From Bdellovibrionales bacterium (GTDB lineage Bacteria; Bdellovibrionota; Bdellovibrionia; Bdellovibrionales; CAYMLA01): a stretch of DNA of 64,000 bases. The notes under the pieces are model-generated. The model searched no databases. It had not been told where the DNA came from and saw only the letters and a program-made list of their open reading frames with translations. Location: contig OZ244239.1 of NCBI GenBank assembly GCA_965217115.1, forward strand, positions 2,080,001 through 2,144,000, read 5' to 3'. This document shows positions 31,293 to 40,559 of the stretch, in pieces. The position numbers and the translations under genes are program-made. The number at the start of each line of letters is the position of its first letter. Position 1 is the stretch's first letter.

Positions 31293-32690
31293 TTATTTTT
31301 CAGCAGAAGGTAGAGCTTTTAGGAGTTCCTGTCCAAAGCTCGAGGCGTTTGCCGTGGAGGAATTTGTCTTTTTCACAGCACTGCTGCCGTCGGAGGCAAA
31401 TTTACCTTGCTCCATTGATTGTGTGTTAGAAGCGATGATTCCATTTCGGGAAACCCCTTTATCCAGTGTGACAAGGGCTTTGAATAAATTGAGTTTTCTT
31501 GATGTTCCTGTTTTGGCAAGGAGTTCTTTGCTGCGATCTCCCGTTTGGAGAAGGTACTTACTCACTTCAGCGCTGGAGAAATGGGGAAAACGTGACATCA
31601 CTAAGACAGCTCCACCGGCGACAAAACTGGTTGCTTGGGATGTGCCTGTCATATATCCGTATTGACTGTTGGGGAGGGTGGATAAAATATTCTCTCCAGG
31701 GGCAGCAATATCAACAGTTTCAATACCGTAGTTGCTGGATTTTAAAACTTTGAGACTTGGGTTGAGAGCTGTGACAGAAATAATATTATCCAAGGAATAA
31801 TCGGCAGGGTAGTATTTGTGAAGATCAGAGTTGGATTTTTCATTACCAGCGGCAGCGACAAAGAGAATGCCTTCTTTTCGTGCGGTTTCTATAGCGTTAA
31901 ATTCAGCCGCACTGTACTCTAGGCCGCCACCAGAGTAATTGATGATACGGATTCTCTCTTTATGTCCCTGTGCTTTTAGGATGCGCGACATTTTGATGAT
32001 GTAGTTAATAGCACTAATCGTATTTGAGAGATTGTCTGTTTGTGGGAATCTTGGGTCGTAGTATTTGAGGGTCATGATCTTTACCTTTGGAGAGACTCCG
32101 CTAACCCCTTTGCCATTTCCACCTTGCGCGCCAATGATTCCTGAAATATGAGTTCCATGTCCATGGGTGTCTTTGAGATTATTATTGTTACTGACAAAAT
32201 TCCAGCCGTGAAGGTCATCAATGTAACCATTCCCATCATCATCAATACCATTTGTTGATTTGTTACGGCCTTTTCGATCTAAGCCTGATTCTCCGGGGTT
32301 TCTCCAAAGGTTTTTCTTTAAATCTTCGTGATTGATATCAATGCCCGTGTCTATGACGGCGACAATGATTTTGTCATTTCCTTGGGAGACAGACCAAGCT
32401 CGTTTAACATCAGATTTTTGCAATCCCCATTTCTCTGACATAGCAGGGTCTGAGAGGAGAACACTGGTTTCAATGAGTCCTTTCTGGGAAATGACTTTAC
32501 TACTACCCAAGGACTGCTTGCGGAGTAATCTCTGTTTGAGACTTGTCTTTTTTAGAGAGGCAAGGGGGCTGGAGAATGAGCGTGAAAAGAGAGCTTGGTG
32601 TTGGTTGTAGAAGAGTCCGCAAATAATCAGAGTGCCAATGACCGCTATTGAGATAAAAGGAGACAGCTCTGTTTTCTTTTCCATAGACAC
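31293..32690 (-). CDS. S8 (subtilisin-like) serine protease
   Basis: Catalytic triad motifs VIDTG, HGTH and GTSQA; DDDGNGYIDD calcium loop. Confidence 0.95.
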   Translation of the reverse strand: MSMEKKTELSPFISIAVIGTLIICGLFYNQHQALFSRSFSSPLASLKKTSLKQRLLRKQSLGSSKVISQKGLIETSVLLSDPAMSEKWGLQKSDVKRAWSVSQGNDKIIVAVIDTGIDINHEDLKKNLWRNPGESGLDRKGRNKSTNGIDDDGNGYIDDLHGWNFVSNNNNLKDTHGHGTHISGIIGAQGGNGKGVSGVSPKVKIMTLKYYDPRFPQTDNLSNTISAINYIIKMSRILKAQGHKERIRIINYSGGGLEYSAAEFNAIETARKEGILFVAAAGNEKSNSDLHKYYPADYSLDNIISVTALNPSLKVLKSSNYGIETVDIAAPGENILSTLPNSQYGYMTGTSQATSFVAGGAVLVMSRFPHFSSAEVSKYLLQTGDRSKELLAKTGTSRKLNLFKALVTLDKGVSRNGIIASNTQSMEQGKFASDGSSAVKKTNSSTANASSFGQELLKALPSAEK

Positions 32691-33007
32691 TCACTCCAAT
32701 TTTTTTGTGTTTTGCCATTATTTTTCGCGTTTGTGCAGACTTCTAATAATAAGATCGGATACATGGGCTCTAACCTTAAATAAAGGGAGGCCAGTGCCAA
32801 AAGAAAAAACTTAAACACCTGTAATCACTTGATTTTACAGATGGGAAGAGGGGGAGAAATGATTTCCTCCTCAAGGGAGTGTATCGTTTCTATACGATGA
32901 TGATCTGTTCTCATTTCCCAGCGATGATGTCCTCCTGTTGATATAAATATTTCCCTAAATTTTTTTAATAATTTAGGGGGTCAACAAGGGAGAAAAACGT
33001 CGGGAGT

Positions 33008-33895
33008 TCATTGTCGTTGTAGGCGCTGTATGCGAATTTCTAGGGAGGGGTGTGTAGAGAGCAGAGATCCGAGGGCACTCTTTGTCTTCCCAGATATTTT
33101 CAAGCTAGCCATAGCCTCGCCTTGATTGGAGATAAGTTCTTCTGTTCCAGCCAGTGCTTTTAAAGCGGAGATCATTTTGTTTTTGCCAGCGAGCTTTGCT
33201 CCACCGGCGTCGGCACGGAATTCGCGAAGACGGGAGAAGTAATTAACAACAAAGGAGCCGAGAATTCCAAAGACAATTTGAAAGAAAATAACCATAGCGA
33301 TTTCTGTGAAGAACCCAACCTCTTCATCTAGCTGTGATGTGATAATATTGGTGATGATGCGGGCGAAGAACATAACAAAGGCGTTCACGATTCCTTGTAT
33401 AAGAGTCATTGTCACCATGTCACCGTTGGCGATGTGGGAAATTTCGTGGCCAAGAATGGCCTCCAATTGTTCATCGTCCATTCGTTTGAGGAGTCCTGTT
33501 GAGACAGCCACAAGGGAATTCTTTTTGCTACGTCCTGTGGCGAAGGCATTGATCTCAGGACTGTCATACACTCCCACCTCTGGCATTTCGGGCAATCCCG
33601 CACGGCGGGCTAAGCGATGGGTGGTTTCTAAAAAATGACGAAACTCAGTGTGGGAATCGTGGGGGTCAATTATTTTTACTCCCATCATCCTCTTGGCCAT
33701 GAATTTGGACATAAGAAGGGAGATAAAGGCGCCGCCCATACCCCAGAAAGCGCATAACCACATAAGGTAGGAGTAGTAGGAATCTTGATACATTTGATCG
33801 ACGGGAATAAAGAGATTAAGTATCTGCCAGGCAATGGAGATAGTGGCAAGAACGAGGATGTTGGTAATAATAAATAAAGAAATACGCTTAAACAT
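33008..33895 (-). CDS. htpX: protease HtpX (M48)
   Basis: INAFATG, HEISHIANGDMVT, FSRLREFRAD, THP. Confidence 0.96.
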   Translation of the reverse strand: MFKRISLFIITNILVLATISIAWQILNLFIPVDQMYQDSYYSYLMWLCAFWGMGGAFISLLMSKFMAKRMMGVKIIDPHDSHTEFRHFLETTHRLARRAGLPEMPEVGVYDSPEINAFATGRSKKNSLVAVSTGLLKRMDDEQLEAILGHEISHIANGDMVTMTLIQGIVNAFVMFFARIITNIITSQLDEEVGFFTEIAMVIFFQIVFGILGSFVVNYFSRLREFRADAGGAKLAGKNKMISALKALAGTEELISNQGEAMASLKISGKTKSALGSLLSTHPSLEIRIQRLQRQ

Positions 33896-34010
33896 GTCTA
33901 AAAACTCCTTGCATGAGTGTTATCCTATTTCGATAAATTAAATAAAGCCGATAATTTGCCGACCACTATAGAATGTCTGTTATTCTTCCAATGTCAAGAG
34001 TGATCGCAGA

Positions 34011-34724
34011 TTATAGAATAGCTAATTCAAAATCACAGGACTGTCGTTCTCTCTCTAAATTGATCTCTTTAAGGCTCTTTATCCAGAGGCGATTTTTAGC
34101 ATCCCAGCTATAACCCTTGGCCTTGGCCTTGTCTTTTTCCTCAAAGCTGACAATGGCCTTAACAGTTAAATTGGGACTGGCGTTTAATTTTATAATCTCC
34201 TTGATGTCATACTGTGAGATGATTTTCAGCATCGTGAGAACATCAAAGATAGCTCTGTGGGAGTAGTAATTTAAAAACAGATGTTCTGCTGCGAGGTAAC
34301 TTAATTTTTTTGAACCGATTCTCTCTGGATATGGAACATCGAGCACAGAATCAAGCCATGTTTTCTTAAGAGCCCCCTCGACGACAGGAGTGGATGGGAA
34401 TTCATTGAGAGCTTTTTCGATGAAGGCCCTATCAAAGGGAGCATTGTGGGCGACAATGTAATCAGCTTGCCCCATAAGATTTGTTAGGCGACTTAAAACC
34501 TCTTCCTTTGGTTTCGCAAAGTTTTTGAGATCAGAATCCTGTATGCCTGTTATCTGAGTGATCTCTTGGGGGACGCTCTGTCCCTTTGGGAGTGCGACTA
34601 ATTCAGAAAAAATAACCAGAGGTGTCTTACGATCCGTATCCCAGAGAACGGCGCCAAGTTCAATGATTTCACAGGTGTTCGCATCTAAGCCAGTGGTTTC
34701 TACATCGAGTCCTAATAAGTGCAT
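34011..34724 (-). CDS. DEDDh 3'-5' exonuclease (DnaQ-like) with short C-terminal domain
   Basis: DVETTG, AHNAPFD, HRAIFD; C-terminal KDKAKAKGYSWD. Confidence 0.88.
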   Translation of the reverse strand: MHLLGLDVETTGLDANTCEIIELGAVLWDTDRKTPLVIFSELVALPKGQSVPQEITQITGIQDSDLKNFAKPKEEVLSRLTNLMGQADYIVAHNAPFDRAFIEKALNEFPSTPVVEGALKKTWLDSVLDVPYPERIGSKKLSYLAAEHLFLNYYSHRAIFDVLTMLKIISQYDIKEIIKLNASPNLTVKAIVSFEEKDKAKAKGYSWDAKNRLWIKSLKEINLERERQSCDFELAIL

Positions 34725-36463
34725 TTTTTAAAGTCCTCTTTAAAGGTTCTGATTTTTGCATGGGGAAGTAAGCCAAAGGAGAGCAAGGTGTCGTTAAAAC
34801 ACTTTAGTTTCAGTTTTCCATACTCCTGTGTAAACTCTTTTTTTAGATTAAAAATTTTCAAGAATCCATGGTAATAGGCCGTCGCTTGACCGGGGCTTCT
34901 GAAAGTGTATCTTTGATATTCTAAGCCAGCCATCGTTTTAGAAACTCCCAATTCTCTGTTAAAAACAAAGAGAACTTTAGCCTTTCCAGCTTTTCCTAAT
35001 TGAACCATGGGATCAAGGAAATATCTTGCAACTCTCCAGAGGTGCATCTGCAGAGCAATTAATTTTTCTTTATCTGTCAAATAGGGTTGCACCAATCTTT
35101 CAGCATAGAGCGCCCAGCCTTCAGTATTTACAGAATTTCCTGCATATCGGGCGCGAATCATTGAGATATCCCCGTTTAACATTGCACTGAATTGAAGATC
35201 ATGTCCAGGTCTTCCCTCATGGGCTGTCAAGATAATCGCCGCACTTTTATAACTGAAATCATCAAAAGGAGGTTTTCCTGAAGGGGCTGTGGGAACAACA
35301 AATTCCGGCAGAACACCATTATTGTTAATAAAAGGCGGGGCATTCATATGTGGTATAGGGGCGGCCTTGCTCTCTGCTTCTCCAGCCAATCGTATTTTTA
35401 ATTTCTTAGATGGGAGCGACACTAATTTATGGGTTTTAATAATCTTTTTTAACCTATCAGCTGCAGAGTGATAAAGCTGGCTCACATCATTGGCGCTTGT
35501 AACCTGTTCTAATTTTAAAAACTTAATCACTCCAAGGGGAGTGTCGTCCTTTAAATTATGTTTTTTAGCTATTTTCTTTGCAAGACGAGAGAAGGGTTCA
35601 TAGAGTTTTCTGTATTCTTTTTGACCAGCTAAAATCATCTCTTCTGGATCGGTATCTACTCCATACCTTTTTAATATGAGCTTATAAATATTAAGTGGGT
35701 AGGCGGGGTCTTTTCTAGTGAGGGGGAGTATTTCTTCTTTCAAGAAACGATCATAAAGGACAACTTCAGAGCGAAATAGGCGATACTCTTTTTTCCAATC
35801 AGAGCGGCCAGTTTTTTCCAATAATTCCCGAACTCCTTTTATGTAGCTCTTCGAGTTAGAGAGATACTTTTTTATGCCATCCACATGGGGATAGAGCTTT
35901 TTTTGAAGCTTGTATTTTTTTTGATGCCTCTTTATCTCAGACCAATAGGCTCGCACAATGTTTTTCTTTCCATGACTATTGCTAGACATGTAATATTTAA
36001 ATCTAGAGACGGCATCTCTTTTTCTCTTACTCGAAGATTGATCGTTCACTAATTGGAAGAGACTCTGGTAGACAGATCTACTCACTGCCGGGATTGAAAT
36101 ATGCCCGGCGCTTTGAAAAACTTTTAGCGATCTTAGATCTAGCTTAACCTCCTCCAAGAGAAGGAGAAAATCCATTTTCAGGTTTTTGTCTCTAGTCCCT
36201 TGAACTTTCTTCTCTAAGAGTTTTTTCCATTTTTTTAAGAGTGCGAGTTCAGCGTCTTCCAGCGCCTTAGATGGATGTATCCCCCTCGTATCAAATTCTT
36301 GATAACCCATGTAAGACCCCAGCTCTGGAGTTAATTCTGAAAAGTCCTTCGTGAATTTTTCGGCTAGGCGATCGGACTTCGTTATCCAAGAATCCCCGGC
36401 TTGAGTGGAATAACCAGCCAAGACAAGGAGCATAAAAGGGAGGAGGGAGTATTTAATTTTCAC
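34712..36463 (-). CDS. DUF885-family exported metalloprotein
   Basis: Signal peptide; HEGRPGHDLQ, EGWALYAE, PGQATAY. Confidence 0.88.
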   Translation of the reverse strand: MKIKYSLLPFMLLVLAGYSTQAGDSWITKSDRLAEKFTKDFSELTPELGSYMGYQEFDTRGIHPSKALEDAELALLKKWKKLLEKKVQGTRDKNLKMDFLLLLEEVKLDLRSLKVFQSAGHISIPAVSRSVYQSLFQLVNDQSSSKRKRDAVSRFKYYMSSNSHGKKNIVRAYWSEIKRHQKKYKLQKKLYPHVDGIKKYLSNSKSYIKGVRELLEKTGRSDWKKEYRLFRSEVVLYDRFLKEEILPLTRKDPAYPLNIYKLILKRYGVDTDPEEMILAGQKEYRKLYEPFSRLAKKIAKKHNLKDDTPLGVIKFLKLEQVTSANDVSQLYHSAADRLKKIIKTHKLVSLPSKKLKIRLAGEAESKAAPIPHMNAPPFINNNGVLPEFVVPTAPSGKPPFDDFSYKSAAIILTAHEGRPGHDLQFSAMLNGDISMIRARYAGNSVNTEGWALYAERLVQPYLTDKEKLIALQMHLWRVARYFLDPMVQLGKAGKAKVLFVFNRELGVSKTMAGLEYQRYTFRSPGQATAYYHGFLKIFNLKKEFTQEYGKLKLKCFNDTLLSFGLLPHAKIRTFKEDFKKCTY

Positions 36464-36743
36464 TAGAGAAGCTCCTTAGGTGTTTGCCCACTGATTTAGC
36501 ACATCGGGCTTTTGTATCAGCCCCAGTGAGGTCAAAAATTTAACTTCTTATAGGGTATAAGTTATTTTTAGTCCACAAGGATTCCAAGTTTTACTGTCAA
36601 ACGGCTTCACGGCAGGAAGCTATCCATAGGGAAAATTATTCAGGGTTTGCGGGGCTTTTGGACGTAGAGTGTCATTTGCCGTGGGCTAAACATCCTAAGA
36701 GTTCTTTAAGATGCCGCTTGATGGTGTTTGATTTTTTTCTCGG

Positions 36744-36759
36744 TGGCACGGAATATGTA
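36744..36759 (+). promoter_or_regulatory. sigma54-like motif (variant -12 GT)
   Basis: TGGCACGGAATATGTA; a near-identical TGGCATAGAATATGTA occurs at 39794-39809. Confidence 0.45.
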
Positions 36760-36771
36760 GTTTCAGGGGGG

Positions 36772-37869
36772 ATGATGGATGGAAAGGTTTTTTTTCTGAT
36801 AGCGATAGCTCTGGTCTCTTTTAAAAGTCATGTCTCTCTTGGAGGTATTGATGACTATGGAGAGGTGGATGCTTATTTTAGACGAATTCAAAGGGAGGCG
36901 GATGTTGAAGATGCAAAAACTCTCACTCCCCAGGAGCGTTACCAGGAGAGATTAATTGTTTTTACGAGGGGAGAGCCCGCAGATTTTGATTCTGAGGGTT
37001 ATCTTGAATTAGGGGCATTAACAGGTCAAAAGACTGTTTTCAGACAGAGTGGTGGCTTTGTCGGTGGCGGCGGTGGCTCTGGTGTTTTGAGAGGTGAGGA
37101 TTTTGATTTTCTAGATTTGGTTCAATTTGATGGAAATTTTCACGATGTTAAACAGAGTCATGGAAGGCATTCTTTAAACATTGATTTAGTTTCTAAGACA
37201 GAGGGCAGTAAAGGTTCTGCCAGAAAAACTCTCAAGTTACCTCTCTATGATAACTCTGGGTTATCTAAAAAAACATTGTCAGTGCAAGTGGAGTCTGATG
37301 TTGGAGGTCGAGGGCGAGAGCTTCAGAGACTCTTTAAGAAGAGTGATCCGTTTGTCCATGCAGAGAAGGTGCTTAATTCCTTTAGTATTGCATTGGCAGT
37401 TCCATCGCTTTTATTGGGGAACATCTCTTGGCATTTCACTTCTGAAGAGCCTCGAAATGGGAGAAGGTTCAATCCGAAGGGGTTGAAAGTTGATGCTTTA
37501 GAAACGGTGGGTTATCTTCACTCTGTTCCAGTGAACGGAAAAAAGAGAACATTTGTCGTTATTTCAGTTCCCCGTTGGAACAGACTTGGTTTTTTTGGGC
37601 AGGTTGGGATGATAGTTCATGAGGCGCTGCGGGTTTATCAACTCTCATCTTCCCATCCAGATCAGAAACATCATTTTTCAGAAGATTCATTACAGAGAGC
37701 CACTTCTCTGGCGACTCTGTGTCATCCAAACAGTGAAGGTCTTCGCTATTACCTATTAGCTCTTCTGTCTACTTACAATGGATACCACGGGGGAGTGGAT
37801 GGACTGGGAGTAGGTGTCACCCATGGAAAAGTCAGAGAATCTTGCCAGAGAGTTGATAGAGAAAATTAA
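36772..37869 (+). CDS. secreted hypothetical protein with poly-Gly segment and HE motif (start reassigned to ATG 36772)
   Basis: RBS AGGGGG; signal peptide; GGFVGGGGG..DFLDL; IVHEALR. Confidence 0.65.
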   Translation: MMDGKVFFLIAIALVSFKSHVSLGGIDDYGEVDAYFRRIQREADVEDAKTLTPQERYQERLIVFTRGEPADFDSEGYLELGALTGQKTVFRQSGGFVGGGGGSGVLRGEDFDFLDLVQFDGNFHDVKQSHGRHSLNIDLVSKTEGSKGSARKTLKLPLYDNSGLSKKTLSVQVESDVGGRGRELQRLFKKSDPFVHAEKVLNSFSIALAVPSLLLGNISWHFTSEEPRNGRRFNPKGLKVDALETVGYLHSVPVNGKKRTFVVISVPRWNRLGFFGQVGMIVHEALRVYQLSSSHPDQKHHFSEDSLQRATSLATLCHPNSEGLRYYLLALLSTYNGYHGGVDGLGVGVTHGKVRESCQRVDREN

Positions 37870-38690
37870 GTCCAAGGAAACAGGTCAATACTCAGTTGAT
37901 AAACCTCTGTTGGGTTTGACGTTGTGGTGACTTCCCTCTCAATCTCTTTTAAAACATTTAAAAACTTATTTCTGATTGAGTCAAAATTCTCTTGAGTTCC
38001 ATTAAAGAGAACAGAGAGAGCATACTTTTGATTCTTCGTTAAACCATCAATTCTTGAGAAGGCATTTGTTTTCATTAAAGAGTGGTACGCGTGTGTGATT
38101 GATGAGTCCTTGGAGAGAAAAAAATGGTTCTTAACAATAGAGAGCTTAGGGCCGTTTCTCTTGATAAGGTTCATTGCTTCCAGGCGGGCGAGGAAGACTT
38201 CATACTGTTGGGATGAGATATTGAGCAGGTTAAGAATTAAGCTCTGATCTTCTTTGAAGGATTTTATTCCTAGAAGGAGATGTATTAATTGAAGCTGGGG
38301 GGAGAGAAAGTACTGTTCGGAGAGGGAACTTTTGGAGTTAATAATATCTGCACTGAGATGGTCTTCAGTTCTCAATTTCTTCTCTCTAAAAGCTCTGATG
38401 GATTCTTTGAGTCTCCGTCTTCGATGGGGTAAGGAACTTCTCTGGTATTTAAAGAGCAATTCAATGAATTCAATCTCATCCCCGTTAAATTCTAGGTACT
38501 CGACAAGCAAGAAGAGCTGATCCCCACTCAGATGGGACTCCTCTTTAAAAACCTTTGAGAGATAGGAGCTTTGGATGTGGCATTTCTTTGCGATCGTTCC
38601 AAAATTAAACTCAAGCCCCCTGCCCCTCTTGAGCTGAGAGGCCTGGCGGTGAAGGACTTTTCTGTAGTCATTCGTGCTGAATATATCCAT
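37866..38690 (-). CDS. TIGR02147/DUF4423-family HTH protein
   Basis: IFSTNDYRKVL N-terminus, HTH (SSYLSKVF), C-terminal VYQLSIDLFPW. Confidence 0.8.
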   Translation of the reverse strand: MDIFSTNDYRKVLHRQASQLKRGRGLEFNFGTIAKKCHIQSSYLSKVFKEESHLSGDQLFLLVEYLEFNGDEIEFIELLFKYQRSSLPHRRRRLKESIRAFREKKLRTEDHLSADIINSKSSLSEQYFLSPQLQLIHLLLGIKSFKEDQSLILNLLNISSQQYEVFLARLEAMNLIKRNGPKLSIVKNHFFLSKDSSITHAYHSLMKTNAFSRIDGLTKNQKYALSVLFNGTQENFDSIRNKFLNVLKEIEREVTTTSNPTEVYQLSIDLFPWT

Positions 38691-38839
38691 AATTTATATA
38701 ATACATGAATATCTCCATTTAAATAGTGAAATTATTAAATTTCCTATAATAAATTAATAAATTAATAAATAGACAGGGATAATTGCCGGTGCTACGTGTG
38801 TTTACAGAATGTAACAAAACTAGAACGGGGGGATAAAAA

Positions 38840-39277
38840 ATGAAAAAGTTAATACTGTGTCTGTGTCTTTTAGGAATAGCCAGTCCATCGATGGCCATTG
38901 ATTTCGATGGTGTTTGGGATGATATTTCCGATATAAGAAGATGTGAGAAAAAGGTTGAGGAACGGGATAATCAGATAAAGGAACAGAAGAGACACATAAG
39001 AAAAATAACAAGAAAGCTAAGAAGATCAGAGAGACAAGTGGACGAACTAAATAGAGAGATAGAAGAAAAAGACGCCATCATAAGAGATCTCCGTAGAGGC
39101 GAAGGTGTCGTTATGCACATCTGTTCATCGGAGGCTTACTATGACGGACCCTATGTGGGAAGAGCCCGAACTAAAACTGAAGCAGAAGCAAAATCCATGG
39201 GAGACTGTAGAAGAACAAGCGAAAATAAACATTGGTGCAAAATCATTTCCTGCGAAAAATACACCGAGGGAAGTTAG
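38840..39277 (+). CDS. small secreted coiled-coil protein with C-terminal 4-Cys domain
   Basis: Signal peptide MKKLILCLCLLGIASPSMA; coiled coil; C...GRARTKTEAEAKSMGDC...C....C tail. Confidence 0.75.
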   Translation: MKKLILCLCLLGIASPSMAIDFDGVWDDISDIRRCEKKVEERDNQIKEQKRHIRKITRKLRRSERQVDELNREIEEKDAIIRDLRRGEGVVMHICSSEAYYDGPYVGRARTKTEAEAKSMGDCRRTSENKHWCKIISCEKYTEGS

Positions 39278-39326
39278 TTAGGATTTAATTTTTTAGTTAG
39301 GATTTATTTTATTTTAGTCGTGCTGC

Positions 39327-39355
39327 AAAGGCCACTCTAGGGAGTGGTCTTTTTT
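39327..39355 (+). terminator. intrinsic terminator (identical copy at 40322-40350)
   Basis: AAAGGCCACTC-TAGG-GAGTGGTCTTTTTT. Confidence 0.8.
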
Positions 39356-39699
39356 GATTCTTTATGACAAACATATGACAAACAAAACAATAGTGGAGTC
39401 AGTTTTTTTCTAGAGTCTCTCCCAAAAGAATCCAGCCCTTTTCTTGCTCAAACATCCGTTTGTCACCTTCCATTGCAGAGAAATGCAATGGAAGTCGCCA
39501 AGCCAAACTCGCCGAAAAGAACTGAATTCTTTTGGAAGAGACTCTAGAAAAAAAGGCCGTATTCAATCAATGGATCAATGGATCTCTTTCTATGACTGAC
39601 CTCCATGTGTAACAACGCTGTTATCCATGGATAGTTTTAGAAAGAGAGCCCTCAAGATAGGTCTCTTGGGAACAGTTCCAGTATTTATCACAAAGAACC
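39356..39699. mobile_element. MITE copy 2
   Basis: Near-identical to 25775-26134; left end GATTCTTTATGA, right end TCACAAAGAACC; sits directly after the terminator T-tract; target duplication degenerate. Confidence 0.82.
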
Positions 39700-39899
39700 C
39701 TTTTAAAACTCCAAACTGACAATTTACGCTAGGGGGTAGACACCTTGAAAAAGCTCAGTGACCGATAGATTGATGTCTGAGCTGCCTTCTCCATGGCATA
39801 GAATATGTACTCTAGAACCTTGAAATTAACGGTATCAATCGTATCTAGGAGAGTTGATCTCCCAAGGAAATAGAACGATACCCAATAAGGAGATAAAAA

Positions 39900-40163
39900 A
39901 TGAAAAAGCTAATACTGTGTCTGTGTTTTTTAGGAATAGCCAGTCCATCAATGGCTGGTAGGGCTGGTGATATTTTGGGTAGTACTTGGAGTAGTGGTGA
40001 TAATAAAAGCGGGCATGAAGAAAAGATTAAAAAGATTAAAAAGCTGGAAAGTCAGATAGAGAAACAAAAGGGAGATATAGAAAAATTAGAGGAAAAAGTG
40101 GACAAAGTAGATGAAAGACTAGGTGCCCTCGTCAAACTCATATTCGGCTCTTCTTATAGGTAA
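39900..40163 (+). CDS. small secreted coiled-coil protein, truncated paralog of 38840-39277
   Basis: Near-identical signal peptide; RBS AAGGAG. Confidence 0.7.
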   Translation: MKKLILCLCFLGIASPSMAGRAGDILGSTWSSGDNKSGHEEKIKKIKKLESQIEKQKGDIEKLEEKVDKVDERLGALVKLIFGSSYR

Positions 40164-40165
40164 TA

Positions 40166-40263
40166 TTTGTGGGAAAAGCCCGAACTAGAACTATAGAAGC
40201 ACAAGGGATAATACTTATTTGTGCAAGATCACTTCCTGCAAAGACGACACCGAGGGAAGTTAG
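40166..40263 (+). pseudogene. disconnected remnant of the Cys-domain coding tail of the 39900 gene
   Basis: Reads FVGKARTRT...CKITSCKDDTEGS* versus YVGRARTKT...CKIISCEKYTEGS* in the intact paralog. Confidence 0.7.
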
Positions 40264-40321
40264 TTAGTTAGGTTTTAATTAGTTAGTTAAAGTTAAAATT
40301 TTTTTATTTTAGTCATGCTGC

Positions 40322-40350
40322 AAAGGCCACTCTAGGGAGTGGTCTTTTTT
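40322..40350 (+). terminator. intrinsic terminator
   Basis: Identical to 39327-39355. Confidence 0.8.
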
Positions 40351-40559
40351 ATTGAAGGTTGGCGCAATATGATGCTACGCATTTATGCGTGGAGCTTCCT
40401 TTAAAGGGAGTGATGTTTTTGGCGTTCGTTTCACTTATTTGTAAAACATGGGTGGGGCTGAAGTGGGTTTTAAGTCTTTGACAGGGATAAGCACCTAATA
40501 TTGAATAGGTAGAGTCCCAAGAAGAGGGCCATTTAGTTTTTTTTTACACCTAGGAAACT

